Shown piece by piece: positions 14,330-27,118 of a stretch of DNA of 64,000 nucleotides. Below the pieces are notes generated by a model, which saw nothing but the letters and a program-made list of their open reading frames with translations, ran no database searches and was not told the DNA's origin. The position numbers and the translations under genes were made by a program. How positions within the stretch are numbered: the first letter of the stretch is position 1; every line of letters begins with the position of its first letter. Origin of the DNA: Octopus vulgaris (lineage: Eukaryota); contig OX597827.1 in the NCBI GenBank assembly GCA_951406725.2, positions 21,018,001 through 21,082,000 on the forward strand, given 5' to 3'.

Positions 14330-15644
14330 GTTCGAAGATACTGTACTTGATATGGGCGGTAGTGCCTTGCCGGTCTATGGCCTACCTTCAACAAACCGGG
14401 AAGGCACAAACACTCTGTCTTCACATTTGCTGCGTGAGACATGTTTTAATGTTGACGAGCTTGCCGAGTACATAGCCGACAATGAGCCAAAGCTCCTTCC
14501 AGAACAGAAGTTCGCTTACAACTCCGTTGTTAATTCAGTCCGGGCCAAAGCTGTGGGGATATTTTTCCTGGACGCTCCTGGGGGCACTGGGAAAACTTTT
14601 CTCAACAAATTAATATTGGCTGAGATTAGGCGAACACAAGGCATTGCCCTAGCTGTGGCATCATCTGGAATTGCGGCTACTTTGTTGCCAGGCGGCAGGA
14701 CAGCTCACTCCACTTTCAAGCTTCCGCTTGACTTAGCGAAGACTGAGACACCAACTTGCAACATCAGTAACAGCTCCGATCAGGCAGAAGTCTTCAGACG
14801 ATGCAAGCTTATCGTTTGGGATGAATGCACGATGGCCCACAGATGTGCTCTTGAGGCACTAGATAGATCTCTCAGAGACATCAAACACTCTTCAGCTCCC
14901 ATGGGAGGCATAACACTTCTTCTTTCAGGGGACTTCCGACAAACACTTCCCGTTATTCCCAAAGGGACTAGAACTGATGCAGTAAGTGCGTGTCTTAAGT
15001 CATCCACATTGTGGCCACTGGTGAAGACTCTCAAACTTCACACCAATATGCGTGCTCATATGCGACGTAATATCACATCAGCAGCATTTTCTCACACCCT
15101 CCTTGCACTTGGCGAAGGCAAAATACCAGGGGATGAAAATGGTAATATTGCCATCGATTCCATTTGTACCATTGTTAAAACGCCTTCTGATCTCAGAGAT
15201 GCAGTGTTCCCAGATCTACAAGCTAATTATCAGAATATGGATTGGATTGGCCAAAGGGCTATTCTGGCCCCGAGGAATAAAACTGTTCACCATATTAATG
15301 ATGAAATGCTAAAACTCATTCCTGGGGATGTCTATGTATATAAGTCTATCGATACAACTCCTGACCCAGAGGACGTCATCAACTATCCAATAGAGGTACT
15401 CAATTCCTTTCAGCCCCCGGACTACCACCACACATTCTCAAACTTAAAGTTGGTGCCCCTATAATGCTCATTAGAAATTTGGTTCCCCCAAAACAATGCA
15501 ATGGCACACGTTTGATCGTTAAGTCCTTATCTCCCACCGTAAACTTATATCAATATTTGCCTGAATAATCATCATAATTCAGTGCAATCATTAACAGTAC
15601 TTTCAAGCAATTCAGCCCCGAGCATCGCCGGGCAATTCTGCTAG
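14330..15644 (+). mobile_element. Helitron remnant: PIF1-family helicase fragment with intact 3' terminus
   Basis: ORF 14352-15464 has FLDAPGGTGKT, AVASSGIAATLLPGGRTAHS, IVWDECTM and GDFRQTLPV. A frameshifted continuation reads PIMLIRNL..CNGTRL. Ends with hairpin CCCGAGCATCGCCGGG and CTAG|T. Confidence 0.92.
14352..15464 (+). pseudogene. Truncated Helitron PIF1-like DNA helicase ORF (370 aa)
   Basis: SF1 helicase motifs are present. The Rep domain and C-terminal motifs are missing. Confidence 0.9.
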
Positions 15645-15938
15645 TTGTTTATAAATTTAACCGTTTAAGGTATTTTTTAATCTGCTGGCCATTGATAAAA
15701 TTTTTTTCGAAAAAAAATTTTTTTGGAAAGAAATTTTATCCTCATTAGATATAAATTTAAGCGTTCACTTCCGGACTATCTCACTCTGTGAGAGCCTCAG
15801 TTCAAATCGCACGTGTCTCGAATGGGCTGGAGTATTTCTATTTTGGATGTATTTGGGGTAATTAGTTGTGCTCATGACTTAGTGTTTGCTCCTTCCATGG
15901 GTATGAGTAAGTATCTCATTTATTTCTTTTGCCACATG

Positions 15939-15996
15939 TATCACTGACGAAGAGAGGGCTCTTAGTAGCCAACTCTGAAATCGGTCCGATATGGTA
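15939..15996 (+). ncRNA. Type I hammerhead ribozyme
   Basis: TATCA-CTGACGA-AGAG-(AGGGCTCTTAGTAGCCAA)-CTCT-GAAA-TCGGTCCGA-TA-TGGTA. Confidence 0.88.
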
Positions 15997-16120
15997 ATAA
16001 TGGAATTTTTTAGAAGTTTCTTTACAAAGAATAAATCCTGGGGTTGATTTCTTCAACTAAAAACGCTTTAACGTGGTGCTCCAGCATGGCCACAGTGAAT
16101 TGACTGAAACGTGTAAAAGG

Positions 16121-16175
<55 letters not shown>

Positions 16176-17030
16176 CATACATACATACATGTATATATGC
16201 ATGTGCGTGCGCGCGCGTGTGATTAGACTGCGACCATGTTTGGACACTCGAAAGATTTAAGTCGGACGAGTCGACCCACGCACTTAAAGCTTATTAAGCT
16301 TAATCCTCATTCGATCGGTTACGGGAACGTAAACACACCCACACCGGTGGTGAGGCAATGCTGGGAGACAAGCACAGACAATGACACACACACACACACA
16401 CACAAAATACCTATACAGGTATGCACGATTGTGTTTATTTGTGTGTATGTATCTGCGCACGTGTTTTTTTAAATGTGTGGCCAGTCGACCCACCCGGATC
16501 TCAACATTTTTTAAATAAAATGTTCTATTTGCACCATTTCTACCCCTCCTTCTCTCCACTCACTCCCCCTCCACTCCACATCCATCTCTCTCTCTTTCTC
16601 CTTCTCCTCCCTCTCTCTCCCATTTCTCTCTTCCTTTCGCTGAGAAATTTTTGAAACTATGAAATGTGACTTCGGTCTTTATAATTATGAAAGTACAGTT
16701 TTTCGAAGGCCGCGGCCTGGCCAAATCGGTTGCACGCCGAGAAAAATGCTTAACGTCATTTCAAGTTCTGAGTTCAAATTCGGTTGAAGTCGATATTTGC
16801 TTATTCTCCTTTTGAGGTTGATGAAATAAATATCAGTTGAGGACAGGACTTGATGTAATCAACTTAATCCACCCACCCACCGAAATTACTGACTTTCTGC
16901 CAAAATTTAAAACCAATATTCTTTGCAGTCAACCTCTAACCTCCCCCCCACACACACACACACACATTTTCCTTCGTTATTTCCTCTCTGTCTCATTTCG
17001 CTCTGTCTATTTGTCTATATCATTTTTAAC

Positions 17031-17130
17031 AACATTAGTGTTGACAGGGACTTTGAAGTTTCGGCCCACTTAGCCTTCGCCGAACTGTCCAATGAGCCGA
17101 GACTTCGAAGTCGCTATCAACACTAATGTT
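17031..17130. repeat. 100-bp hairpin made of two opposed hammerhead 3' halves
   Basis: Minus strand: GGCC-GAAA-CTTCAAAG-TC. Plus strand: GCC-GAGA-CTTCGAAG-TC. Confidence 0.55.
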
Positions 17131-17227
17131 GTAAAAGGAGAATTTTTTGAGGGATTTTTCAGTTTCATGTAAAATTGTTTTTGTCGTGGACATACATACA
17201 TACATACATACATACATACTTACATAC

Positions 17228-17262
<35 letters not shown>

Positions 17263-17327
17263 GACGCCATGATAGATCGTTAGCCACTACACACATCTAT
17301 TTCTCTCCTTGTTTTTTTCTGTGTCCC

Positions 17328-17361
17328 TTTCTGTAGAAGAGCGTAGGCTCGAAACGTAAAA
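17328..17361 (+). ncRNA. Minimal hammerhead-like motif (CUGUAGA core variant) in a repeat family also at 22593, 34223 and 42970
   Basis: TTT-CTGTAGA-A-GAGC-GTAG-GCTC-GAAA-CG-TA-AAA. Confidence 0.65.
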
Positions 17362-17563
17362 TACTTTTTCTATTCCTGAGCGTTATACTAATACATCTGT
17401 TTGTTTTGTACACCACCTGTCTTCGTCTTTTGTTGTTGTTTTTTTCGTGAACTCTCCCTATATATATATATGTATATGTATGTATGTATGTATATATATA
17501 TATGTATGCATGTATTTATGTATGTATATATATTTATACTGTGTGTATGTGTGTGTATAAATG

Positions 17564-17647
<84 letters not shown>

Positions 17648-18290
17648 TGCAAACAGACACATATCTATGTTTGTCACACACCTTTGTGACTCTACTGCTC
17701 TTGTTTCTTTCTCCATCTCTCTCTTCCACGCTTCACCTCTCTCCCTCTCTGTATCTTCCCCCTCTCTCTCCCTCTTTCTCGTCTAAACAAGCTTCCTCTG
17801 TTTTTTGCGCTTTCCTTCTCTAAACACAAACAACTGAGTTGTCATTCTTGTTGCTGTTATTGCTGTTGGGACAACAACAATAACAGCAACAATAACATTT
17901 AACTTTCTACATATCTATTATAACGATGATGTAACAATACATGATCTAATGTGTCCTTCCATTCTTTTGAAAGATTTGGCAATTCAGCTACTATTTCTAG
18001 CAGGTTGTACGAGCGCGTAAAGCTTCCCACCTTCAGTTCATACAAGTGTATGTGTGGGGGGAGGGCTCTGCATATGGGTGTTACGTGTGTGTATGTTTAT
18101 GTACGGGTGTGTTTGTGTGTATACATGTATGTCTATGGGTGAGTGTGTGTACGCGTGGTGTGCTGTTGAGCGAGACAGATATATGGAGGAGAGATAAGCT
18201 GGTGTTTCACATAATTAATTCTATGAGCAACAACAAACTAATTAGCAACAAATCCTGTATGCGATGAGGAAAGAACATTAGCTCAATGAC

Positions 18291-18588
18291 TAATGTTTGT
18301 TCATTCTCGAGCCACGCCTGGCTCATAAGGGCCGGTTTCCTTGGCCTATAGGTTCCCCACCTGGACGGGACGCCGGTCCGTCGCAGGTGAGCTGCAAGAT
18401 GCAGGAGGAAAGAGTGATAGAAAGTTGTGGCGAAAGATTCAACAGAAGTTCGCCATTACCTTCTGCCGGAGCCGCGTGGTGCTTAGGTGTTTCACTCATA
18501 AACACAGACATCGCTCGGTCTGAGATTCGAACCCGCGATCCCTCGACCGCGAGTTCGCTGCTCTAACCACGAGGCTATGTGCCTCCAC
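18291..18588 (-). mobile_element. SINE related to family B
   Basis: Head GGAGGCACATAGCCTCGTGGTTAGAG...GGTTCGAATC. Confidence 0.75.
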
Positions 18589-19177
18589 AAAATATAGGTT
18601 TTCCCGTACGCGTGTGACTCGAACACACGCCTTTTTGTATAGGCGACGTTGTGTGCTGCCGTTAAATCAATCCATCAAACTGTAACACCAAAGACTAATA
18701 AACATTTAAATTATTTCGGCGAGAAAGGGAGAAAACTTCGGACAACTTTCGGTCTTATGAAACCTCAGTGGAGTATAGACTTCGTTGGAATTGAAAAAGA
18801 AGTGTGGAATGAAGGTCATTAAATAGTAGTGAGGAGTGGTGGTCAGTATATAGAAGAAAAGCCAACGGGAGGTAGTGTGGAAGGCGGACAAATAAAGAGG
18901 TAGGTTGGCTGGTAAGTAGGTAGGTAGATAAGTAGCTAAATCGATAAACAGACAGACAGACCGAAGTAAATGGAGGTGGGTAGAGAGCTATCGGCTGAAT
19001 CAAAGGCTTTTTGTTTTTCTCAGAATTTTGCTGGTGATTTTTGGCAACTTGTATTTCCATATTATATCACTAATTTGATACAATTTGTTGTCTAATTGTT
19101 GCTGAATTGTTTATTATTTATTTTCACAATTAACATATAAACACTAATTGTTTACACTTATTTTACAGCTTTGATAA

Positions 19178-19555
19178 TGAGTGAGGAAAAAATTGCTATC
19201 GGAACCATTTTGCACTATTCGTGGAAAGAGAAGACCGAATGCAAGGGCAGCAGCAAAAAAAGAAAAAAGAAATTAATAATGTAGAAGGCCCTGGAACTAT
19301 TAACGAACGCGTGGTTCAGAATTGGTTCAGATGCTTCAAGGAAGGTGACATCAGCCTCGAAGACAAACCCATGTGATGGAGACCTTCTGTTGTGGAAGAT
19401 GAAATGGTTGAACAACAGTCAAGCACAAGTACTAGTACATTGCTGGCAGAACTTGGTTCTTCACAAAGCACCGTCAGTCGACACCTCCATAAGCTCGGTC
19501 TTGTGAACAGACGCTGTCGAGACGTTCCTCGTGAATTGACCAATGACCAGATTTT
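19178..19555 (+). mobile_element. Mariner transposase N-terminal remnant
   Basis: WFRCFKEGDISLEDKP and LAELGSSQSTVSRHLHKLG (HTH region), with stops. Confidence 0.75.
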
Positions 19556-19965
19556 GTCATCGAATTGTAACTGGGGATGAAGAACGAATCTATAAGCCTC
19601 TCCAAGCGCTGGAAAAATAGACGTCAAAAGACGCCATTGCCACCTTAAAAACTCCGAGTACTACACACTAGGTTGTAGGCGAGTAAAAGAAAGATAATGA
19701 ACTAAACTACCAGCACGTGGAGAGGTTTATAGCCAATCCCTTGTTATAATTATGTATATAATTATTAAAATATTTGTAAAATTCACCTATAAGGTTTTTA
19801 TTTCCGTGCTGACCCACTCCTAAAATCATTAATAATTTTACCCTTATTATAATTAATACACACACACACACACGCGCGCGCGTGCGCACGTGAGTCGTCT
19901 AAGAGACAGTAAGTCAGGGAAAAGAGGCACTCGAATATCTGTAAATCGAGTGGGTATATTCCCCG

Positions 19966-20238
19966 AAATGTACAGTAATATATATCTATCACGGCTGATT
20001 TTACCAATCGGTTACGCACTAGGAATGCAATTGAGTGTTATGGAACAATCTGATTATATAACCTTACGTTCATCAGAGTTAGCCGATATAAAAGGGAATA
20101 TGGCATTTCCATATTGGCTAACTCTGATGAGCGTAAGGTTATATCATCGGATTGTTACCTAACACTCCATTGTATTGCTAGCGCGAAACCGATTGGTTAG
20201 ACCAGACGTGATGGATATATAATACTGTACATTTCGGA
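19966..20238. mobile_element. Fold-back element with a long-stem-II hammerhead (20122-20200, +)
   Basis: Arms ~19966-20090 and ~20110-20238. CT-CTGATGA-GCG...CGC-GAAA-CCGATTGG-TT-AG. Confidence 0.65.
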
Positions 20239-20273
20239 TGCAGGAGTGACTGTGTGGTAAGTAGCTTGCTTAC

Positions 20274-22338
20274 TTCTCATGACTCTCAGTTGTCAATGTG
20301 CGCATGCGTCATTGTTTGTGCACTGAAGAAGATAGCCGGCTGAGTTTAGCCTGCCAAAAGAAGCTGCTGCAAGGTAGGACTTTTCTCTTGGACCCGGTGA
20401 GGGTCGTTGTCTGTGCTTATATGTTTTACAAACAGGGAATCCTCACTGAATTCAGGATGCTGGTCTACTTGTGATTCAGCAATATGGTCCATAGTAAATG
20501 AAGGGTTTTTTCTCATTGTCTGGTAGGCGTATCCTTCAAACACTTTGTTTTTACAACAACATTTACCATTATTGGAAAACTGTCCTGCCACCGAAAGTCG
20601 TTCGCTGTTTGTAAATAGTGTATATTTTACAAGTACGTTGGAAAGCTGTATTCAAGTGGAGCAGTCCAGGTTCTAATTGGAGTACCATAAGGGCTTGGAG
20701 TACATGAATGCCCATATTATTTTTTGATGTTTATTTTTAGGAACTATTGTTTTCTTGTTCTATTGTGATTTTTTATTGAACTGTTTGCTTTTTATTTATT
20801 TATTCTTCCCTTTTGTTTTCTTTTGAATTCTCTCTTTCATTTTATGCGAACTATTGCTTTGAACATGGCAAAAAAAAATACGGATAAGATTGTAGAGTAG
20901 GAGATTGTCCCACCGAAACAGTGGTTAAAGGATATGGAGGAGAGGACGGTGGTGGTAGGACTTATTCTAAAGTTCATGATACCATCACTGTCTTCCCAAA
21001 ACCAGTTATAGAAAATGAACTGAAAGACTATCTGTCCTCTGTGAAATACATATCCTGTGGTGTCAAGCATGCAACTGTATGGTTGCTGTTTGACTCCCCA
21101 GAAGTGGCCCGTGAATTTGCGAGCCAGCCCCTGGAGGGCAATGACATTTTGTTTCTTCCCATTTATTGTGGGAAGAAGTTGACGAGGGCTTGGGTTTGCA
21201 GCTTTCCACCCGGAGTTGATCCCGAGTGGATTGAAGATACTATCCGCTGGTGTCTGAGTGGCAGTAGCACCAAGCTCCTCAGCGTAAATATTCTGCCTAC
21301 GGCTGACTGGGAGGGGTCAAAAGCTGTTTTGACCCTATGGACCCAGTCAGCCGAAAGTCTGGTATTTCCAGACTTTTTGAGAATGGCCGGGTCTAGGTAT
21401 CCGGTGATGCTTCAGGGACGCTCCCCACCCCAAGTGTCATCGGTGCTTGAAGCCAGGCCATATAAAAAAGAACTGTTCTCAAGGGTAAAGCGAAGTCCTG
21501 GAGCGGTTGACGGAGACATCTGTAGAGGAGGGAATGAAGGCGGCCGAGAAGATGGAGGACTCCTCAAAGAAGAGTCGTAAAAGGAAGGTGAGCAATGATG
21601 GGGCTCACCAAAGAATCCTGGGGATGAGGGAGGGGAGACGAATCTCCAGGTCACGGAGGATACGCACCCTCCCCCAGTCGAGAGGAATATCGCTCGTGGC
21701 CGGGTGACGCCAACTCGGAGCCCGTCTTGATTTTAAAGGAAGCATGGGCTACGGTGGATTACACGGACACAAGCGATGATGAGGTGGAAAATTGACAAGA
21801 GGTTGAAAAGCCTCAGTGTAAGAGACTCAGCGCCTCATTTGTAAATGGACTAGTGTTGATTGTATATTGAATATTTTATTCTATGTTATTGCATGTTATT
21901 GACTATTAAGTCCAATAATTGTAAGAACTGTAGTGAGATGTTCAATACCTCGTTGAGGTGGAAAAATTGACAAGAGGTTGAAAAGCCTCAATGTTATAAA
22001 GTGTAAGAGGCTCAGCGCCTCATTTGTAAATGGACTAGTGTTGATTGTATATTGAATATTTTATTGTATGTTATTGCATGTTAATATTTGTAATGCACTA
22101 TTTTATAGTATGTTATTGCATGTTATTGACTATTAAGCCCAATAATTGTAAAAACTGTCGCGAGAGGTTCAATACCTCGTTTTGTTTATTCTGTTGACAA
22201 AAAAAAATTTTAATGTTTTAGCGAAGCAGAAAATCTCTCATCAATATCATCCTTATTTCATCATTCACCTCATCAATGTTTATGTCCAGCCCGCAAGCTA
22301 CTCTTTGTAATGTCTTTATGGGAAATTTTAATGAAGTA
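20274..22338 (+). mobile_element. ORF1-only retroelement copy 1 (decayed), inserted in a SINE A head
   Basis: TSD AAGTAGCTTGCTTAC at 20259-20273 and 22339-22353. Disrupted ORF ~20865-21795 is homologous to 23395-24639. Confidence 0.85.
20865..21795 (+). pseudogene. Disrupted gag-like ORF1
   Basis: Aligns by eye with the 414-aa ORF (GVKHATVWLLFDSPE vs GVKYATVWLLFDTPE; LVFPDFLRMAG vs LVFPDFLKMAG). Contains a stop and frameshifts. Confidence 0.85.
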
Positions 22339-22479
22339 AAGTAGCTTGCTTACCAACCACGTGGTTCTGGGTTCAGTCTCAGTGCATGGCATCTTGGGCA
22401 AGCGTCTTCTACTATAGCCTCTGGCCGACCAAGGCCTTGTGATTGAATTTGGTAGACGGAAACCGAAAGAAGCCCGTCG

Positions 22480-22510
<31 letters not shown>

Positions 22511-22671
22511 GGAATTTACAAAAAAATAGACGAAGACGGGTGTGTAAACGACAAACAGATGTATTAGTTTAACGCTCGGGAAGTGAGAAAGTCTTTTACG
22601 TTTCGAGCCTACACTCTTCAGGAGAAAGGAACTCAGAAATAAGCACACAGAGAGAAAATAAACAGAGAGAG

Positions 22672-22708
<37 letters not shown>

Positions 22709-23098
22709 TCTTTTACTCTTTTAATTGTTTCAGTCATTTGACTGCGGCCATGCTGGAGCACCGCCTTTAGTCGAGCAAATCGACCCCGGGACTTATTGTT
22801 TGTAAGCCCAGTACTTATTCTATCGGTCTCTTTTGCCGAACCGCTAAGTGACGGGGACGTAAACACACCAGCATCGGTTGTCAAGCAATGCTAGGGAGAC
22901 AAACACAGACACACGCACACACACACACACACACATACATATATATATACATATATACGACAGGCTTCTTTCAGTTTCCGTCTACTAAATCCACTCACAA
23001 GGCATTGGTCGGCCTGGGGCTATAGCAGAAGACACTTGCCCAAGATGTCACGCAGTGGGACTGAACCTGGAACCATGTGGCTGGTTAGCAAGCTACTT

Positions 23099-25345
23099 TA
23101 TTTCAAAACATTTGCCATAAAGGCAGTACACAGATTACGTTAGCTTTGCGGGCTGGACGAGGACATTAATGAGGTGAATGATAATGAAAGAAAGATGATA
23201 AAGATGGGAGAAGACAGAAAGCGCCCGCCGACTTTTGCTTCTCTAAAACATTGTTCTTTTTAAAAAGATAAACACAAAACGAGGTATTAAACCTCTTACA
23301 ATTTTTCCAATTTTGGGCTTAGCAGTCCATTATTAATACAAAACGAGGTATTAATCCTCTTACAATTTTTCAATTTTTGGACTAAAGTCCATTACTAATA
23401 ATACATATCGTCCTCGAAATAGCTTGTGCCCGCGCCCTCCACCATCAACCACGCCTCCCTCAGAACGTAGTCAAGTTCCGAGTTCGCGTCGCCCGGGACC
23501 AAGTTATAATCTTCATTGAGCTCCTTTAGCCCTAGCGTCACGTCGAACGCCACGGCCTCCACAGCTACCTGCGGAGGCCATTCGGGGTCCTGTGTGAAGG
23601 CTAAAGGTGCTCCCTTGTAGTGCTCTTCCATCACTTTTTCAATTTCTCCTCCTCTATAGAAGAGGACCAATACATTCAGTTCTTTCGTTGGCGGCACAGT
23701 TTCCGCCAACGGTATTCCTTCTCTTGTCGGTGGCACAACCCCAACCGACGTAGTTCCGCGACATTCCGGTGCTACACTGACAGCCGGTAGTGTCCCGTTT
23801 TTCTTCCTCTTTTTCTTTTTTTTTCCCTTTTCAACTGAGGGAGGGTGCGTCTCCTCCGTGGCTGGAAGATTCGCCTTCCTCTCCTCATCCCTATTATCCT
23901 TTGGTGAGCACCCATTGTTGCTCACCTTCCTCTTTCGGCCTCTGTTTGAGGAGTCCTCTGCTTTCTCGGCCGTTATCGTTCCCTCTTCTAGAGGGGTTTT
24001 ACTTAACTGTTCCGGGATCCTATTTTGTTCCCGAGGACAGTTCTTCTTTATGTGGCCGGGCTCCAAGCACCGATGACACTTAGCGGGGCGACCCTCAAGC
24101 ATCACCGGGTACCTGCACCCGGCCATTTTCAAAAAATCTGGAAAAACCAGATTGGCTGATTGAGTCCACAGGGTCAAAATTGCTTTCGACCCAACCCATG
24201 CAGCCGCAAGAAGAACTTTTACATTGAGGAGCTTAGTTTCGCTGTCACCCAGACCCCGGCGGATAGTCTCCTCTATCCACTCGGGTTCTATGTCGGGTGG
24301 CAGTCCGCAGATCCAAGCTTTCATCAATTTCTTTTTTTTGTACGTGGGCAGGAATAAGATTTCCTTACCCTCCAAGGGTTTGCTAGCAAATTTGCAAGCC
24401 TCTTCAGGGGTGTCAAATAGCAACCACACCGTTGCATATTTGACACCCCTGGAAATGAATTTAATTGTTGGCAAATACTCTTCCAACTCCTCCTCAATTG
24501 CCGTCTTTTCGAATAGGGCGATGGTGTCAAGTGCCTTGGAGTAGGTTCTCAACACCACCGTCCTATCTTCACGGTCTTTTAACCACTTTTTGGGTGGTAT
24601 GATTTCCCACTCCAAAATTTTGTTATTTTTCATTGCCATGTTTTTTTTAAAAATATATTCAAATTAAACTCAAAAGCAGGAAGAAAAAAAGTTCAAAAGT
24701 CTAGATAAAATTTGATAGATTTTTGAAAAAACAAAAAGGAGAAAGCACAACAGAAGGGAAGAAATTAACGGAAAGTCGCAATAAAGAAAAAAACAAAAAA
24801 GGGGGGGGGGTTAAATGAAGTTCAAAAGAAAGTTAATAAACAGAAAAAACACAGCAAAAATATTCTGGCCTTGCGGTACTCCCGGCCTGGGTTGAACCTG
24901 GAACGCCGCAACTGCAACACAACCTCCACAAAAATGGGTCCGAAAGGTAATCCAATAGTGGCTTATTTTTATACTTTTCTTGCGAAGTACTCTGACAAGG
25001 GAATAAATTCAGCAATCTCAAACACAGCACTGGCTACTGCCAACGGTAATTTTAACAGTAACTGTATTGAATTCTGAGTATACGCCCCTCCACTGTTTTT
25101 TCTTTTTTTTTTTTTTTCAATGAACACAAAAACGGCAGCCGCCTAGCGCAGGCGAAATTGTCTCAGAGTTGGACACAACCTACTGAAATAATAATTGGCA
25201 CGCAATAAATTATGCCCAACTCACAATAAACAAAATCACTTACCTCGACAACTTTCCGTTTTTGGTCTTTTTTCTTTAGTTGGACAGAGCTTGTTACTCA
25301 CGTCCACTCTAGCTCAACAAGAAGCAACCGACTAACTGCGCATGT
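23099..25345 (-). mobile_element. ORF1-only retroelement copy 2, inserted in a SINE A head
   Basis: TSD CTGGTTAGCAAGCTACTT at 23081-23098 and 25346-25363. About 700-bp 5' UTR, one ORF, about 300-bp 3' UTR. No RT or endonuclease. Confidence 0.88.
23395..24639 (-). CDS. Gag-like/LINE ORF1-type nucleic-acid-binding protein with a CCHC zinc knuckle (414 aa)
   Basis: Uninterrupted, complex ORF. CHRCLEPGHIKKNC fits CX2CX4HX4C. Basic tracts RGRKRK and KGKKKKKRKK. Paralog at 20865. Confidence 0.85.
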   Translation of the reverse strand: MAMKNNKILEWEIIPPKKWLKDREDRTVVLRTYSKALDTIALFEKTAIEEELEEYLPTIKFISRGVKYATVWLLFDTPEEACKFASKPLEGKEILFLPTYKKKKLMKAWICGLPPDIEPEWIEETIRRGLGDSETKLLNVKVLLAAAWVGSKAILTLWTQSANLVFPDFLKMAGCRYPVMLEGRPAKCHRCLEPGHIKKNCPREQNRIPEQLSKTPLEEGTITAEKAEDSSNRGRKRKVSNNGCSPKDNRDEERKANLPATEETHPPSVEKGKKKKKRKKNGTLPAVSVAPECRGTTSVGVVPPTREGIPLAETVPPTKELNVLVLFYRGGEIEKVMEEHYKGAPLAFTQDPEWPPQVAVEAVAFDVTLGLKELNEDYNLVPGDANSELDYVLREAWLMVEGAGTSYFEDDMYY

Positions 25346-25719
25346 CTGGTTAGCAAGCTACTTACCACACAGCCACTCCTGTGCCTATATATATATCAAT
25401 TATTGAAGTGGCTAGTAGAAATTTAAAACCAAAAGGCCCAAGTACAACAGTCTCTAAAAGTGACTAAGACCGCAAGTATAATCATATGTAAAAATATGTG
25501 TGCACATTGGTTTCAAATTATGGTAAAGGCAAGAAGTTTCGGGAGGGAGGGAGTAAGTCGATTTCATTGACAACCGGTACTTATTTTATCACCCCGAAAT
25601 GGATGAAAAGCAAAGTCGGCCCCGACGGCATTCGAACTCAGAACGTAAAGACGGACGAAATGCTGGTAAGCATTTTGTCCGGTTGCGCGCTAACGATTCT
25701 TTTTTTTTTTTCTCTAGGT

Positions 25720-25938
25720 CAGTGGTTTTCAACCAGGGTTCCCCGGAACCTTAGGGTTCCACCAGTACAGTCCAGGGGTTCCGCCAAAAGTTACAAAACT
25801 GCTAAAATCGGCAGTCATTTTTAATTCTCCTGTGCAGATATGTGTGCATAAGACTATTAAATTATTGCTCAGGGGTTCCTCGAGCCAGTGGAATGTTTCC
25901 TTGGGGTTCCGCTCCAACAAAAGGGTTGAAAAGCACTG
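25720..25938. mobile_element. hAT-type MITE
   Basis: Termini CAGTGGTTTTCAACC and GGTTGAAAAGCACTG. 8-bp TSD CTCTAGGT. Confidence 0.85.
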
Positions 25939-26203
25939 CTCTAGGTACAGGGCCCGAAATTTTGATGGAGGAGGAAAGTCGATGAAATCGACCCCAGTGC
26001 GCAACTGGTGCTAATTTATCGACCCTGAAAGGATGAAAGGTAAAGTCGACCTCGGCAGAATTTGAGCTCAGAACGTAAAGACAGACGAAATACTGCTAAG
26101 CATCTCGCCCGGCGTGTTAACATTTCGGCTAGTTCGCCGCCTTACGTACATATATATTAAATACGCATACATACAAACACACACATACATACTTACACAC
26201 ACA

Positions 26204-26251
<48 letters not shown>

Positions 26252-26355
26252 AAGTAATTATATAAAATGATGAACATTGTATTTTTAACTGTTGAAAAGA
26301 GATGCACAACTGAAATTATGTAACATTTGTGAGATCCGGTTTGTCATTCTTCTAA

Positions 26356-26393
<38 letters not shown>

Positions 26394-27019
26394 ATGCGTG
26401 CATGTGTGCGTGTGTGTGTGTGGAGAGAGTGAGAGAGAATGTTTGTGTCGTAGATAAGAGTGGAAAAGAGGGAAAGGAAGAGAGAATGAAAGAGAGAGAA
26501 TGAGGAGGTCGAGGGGAGGAGAAGAAGGTGAAGGAGAAGAAGGTGAAGGAGAAGGAGGAGGAAGCAGAAAACAAAGAGATGGGAGATGTAAGAGGAGGTG
26601 TGGAAAGGAGAAGGAAAAGAGGAAAACAATGACGGTGTGAGGGGGTTGTTGAGGATGGAGGGGAGGAGGAGGAGAGTCGAGTTAAATGTGATATGAGTTT
26701 TATGAAGAGACGACATTCCGCAGAGTCAATGAGCGTTGAGAGTTGACCATCTGTCATTACAAAGGGGACGGCGGAGGCAGATGTGTCTCGGCCGAACCAA
26801 ATCCAATTATCCACTTAATGCTTTAACGATCTCGTTTTGTGTTGCATAAAATTGTTGCTCGATGTTTTATCGAAGAGATTTTGCATCAAAAAACACTTTC
26901 TGTCGAAAAACATTGGTGTCACGGTTTTTAAGTCAGGGTTGAGGGTTATGGCCTAGGTTTAGGGCTATAGTTTGGGGTCTCGCTTAGGATCTGGGGTCAG
27001 GATTTAGAGTTTAGGGCTT

Positions 27020-27118
<99 letters not shown>

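Larger units (their letters stand above)
22707..25386 (-). mobile_element. SINE family A split by the ORF1-only element (parts 22707-23098 and 25346-25386)
   Basis: The SINE sequence resumes exactly after an 18-bp duplication. Confidence 0.85.

Noticed and set aside
14352-15464. Host PIF1 helicase gene
   Set aside because: Intronless, truncated, frameshifted and followed by a Helitron hairpin-CTAG end.
26930-27020. Telomere or chromosome-fusion relic
   Set aside because: Short and highly degenerate. Similar TTAGGG runs occur inside MITEs in this window.
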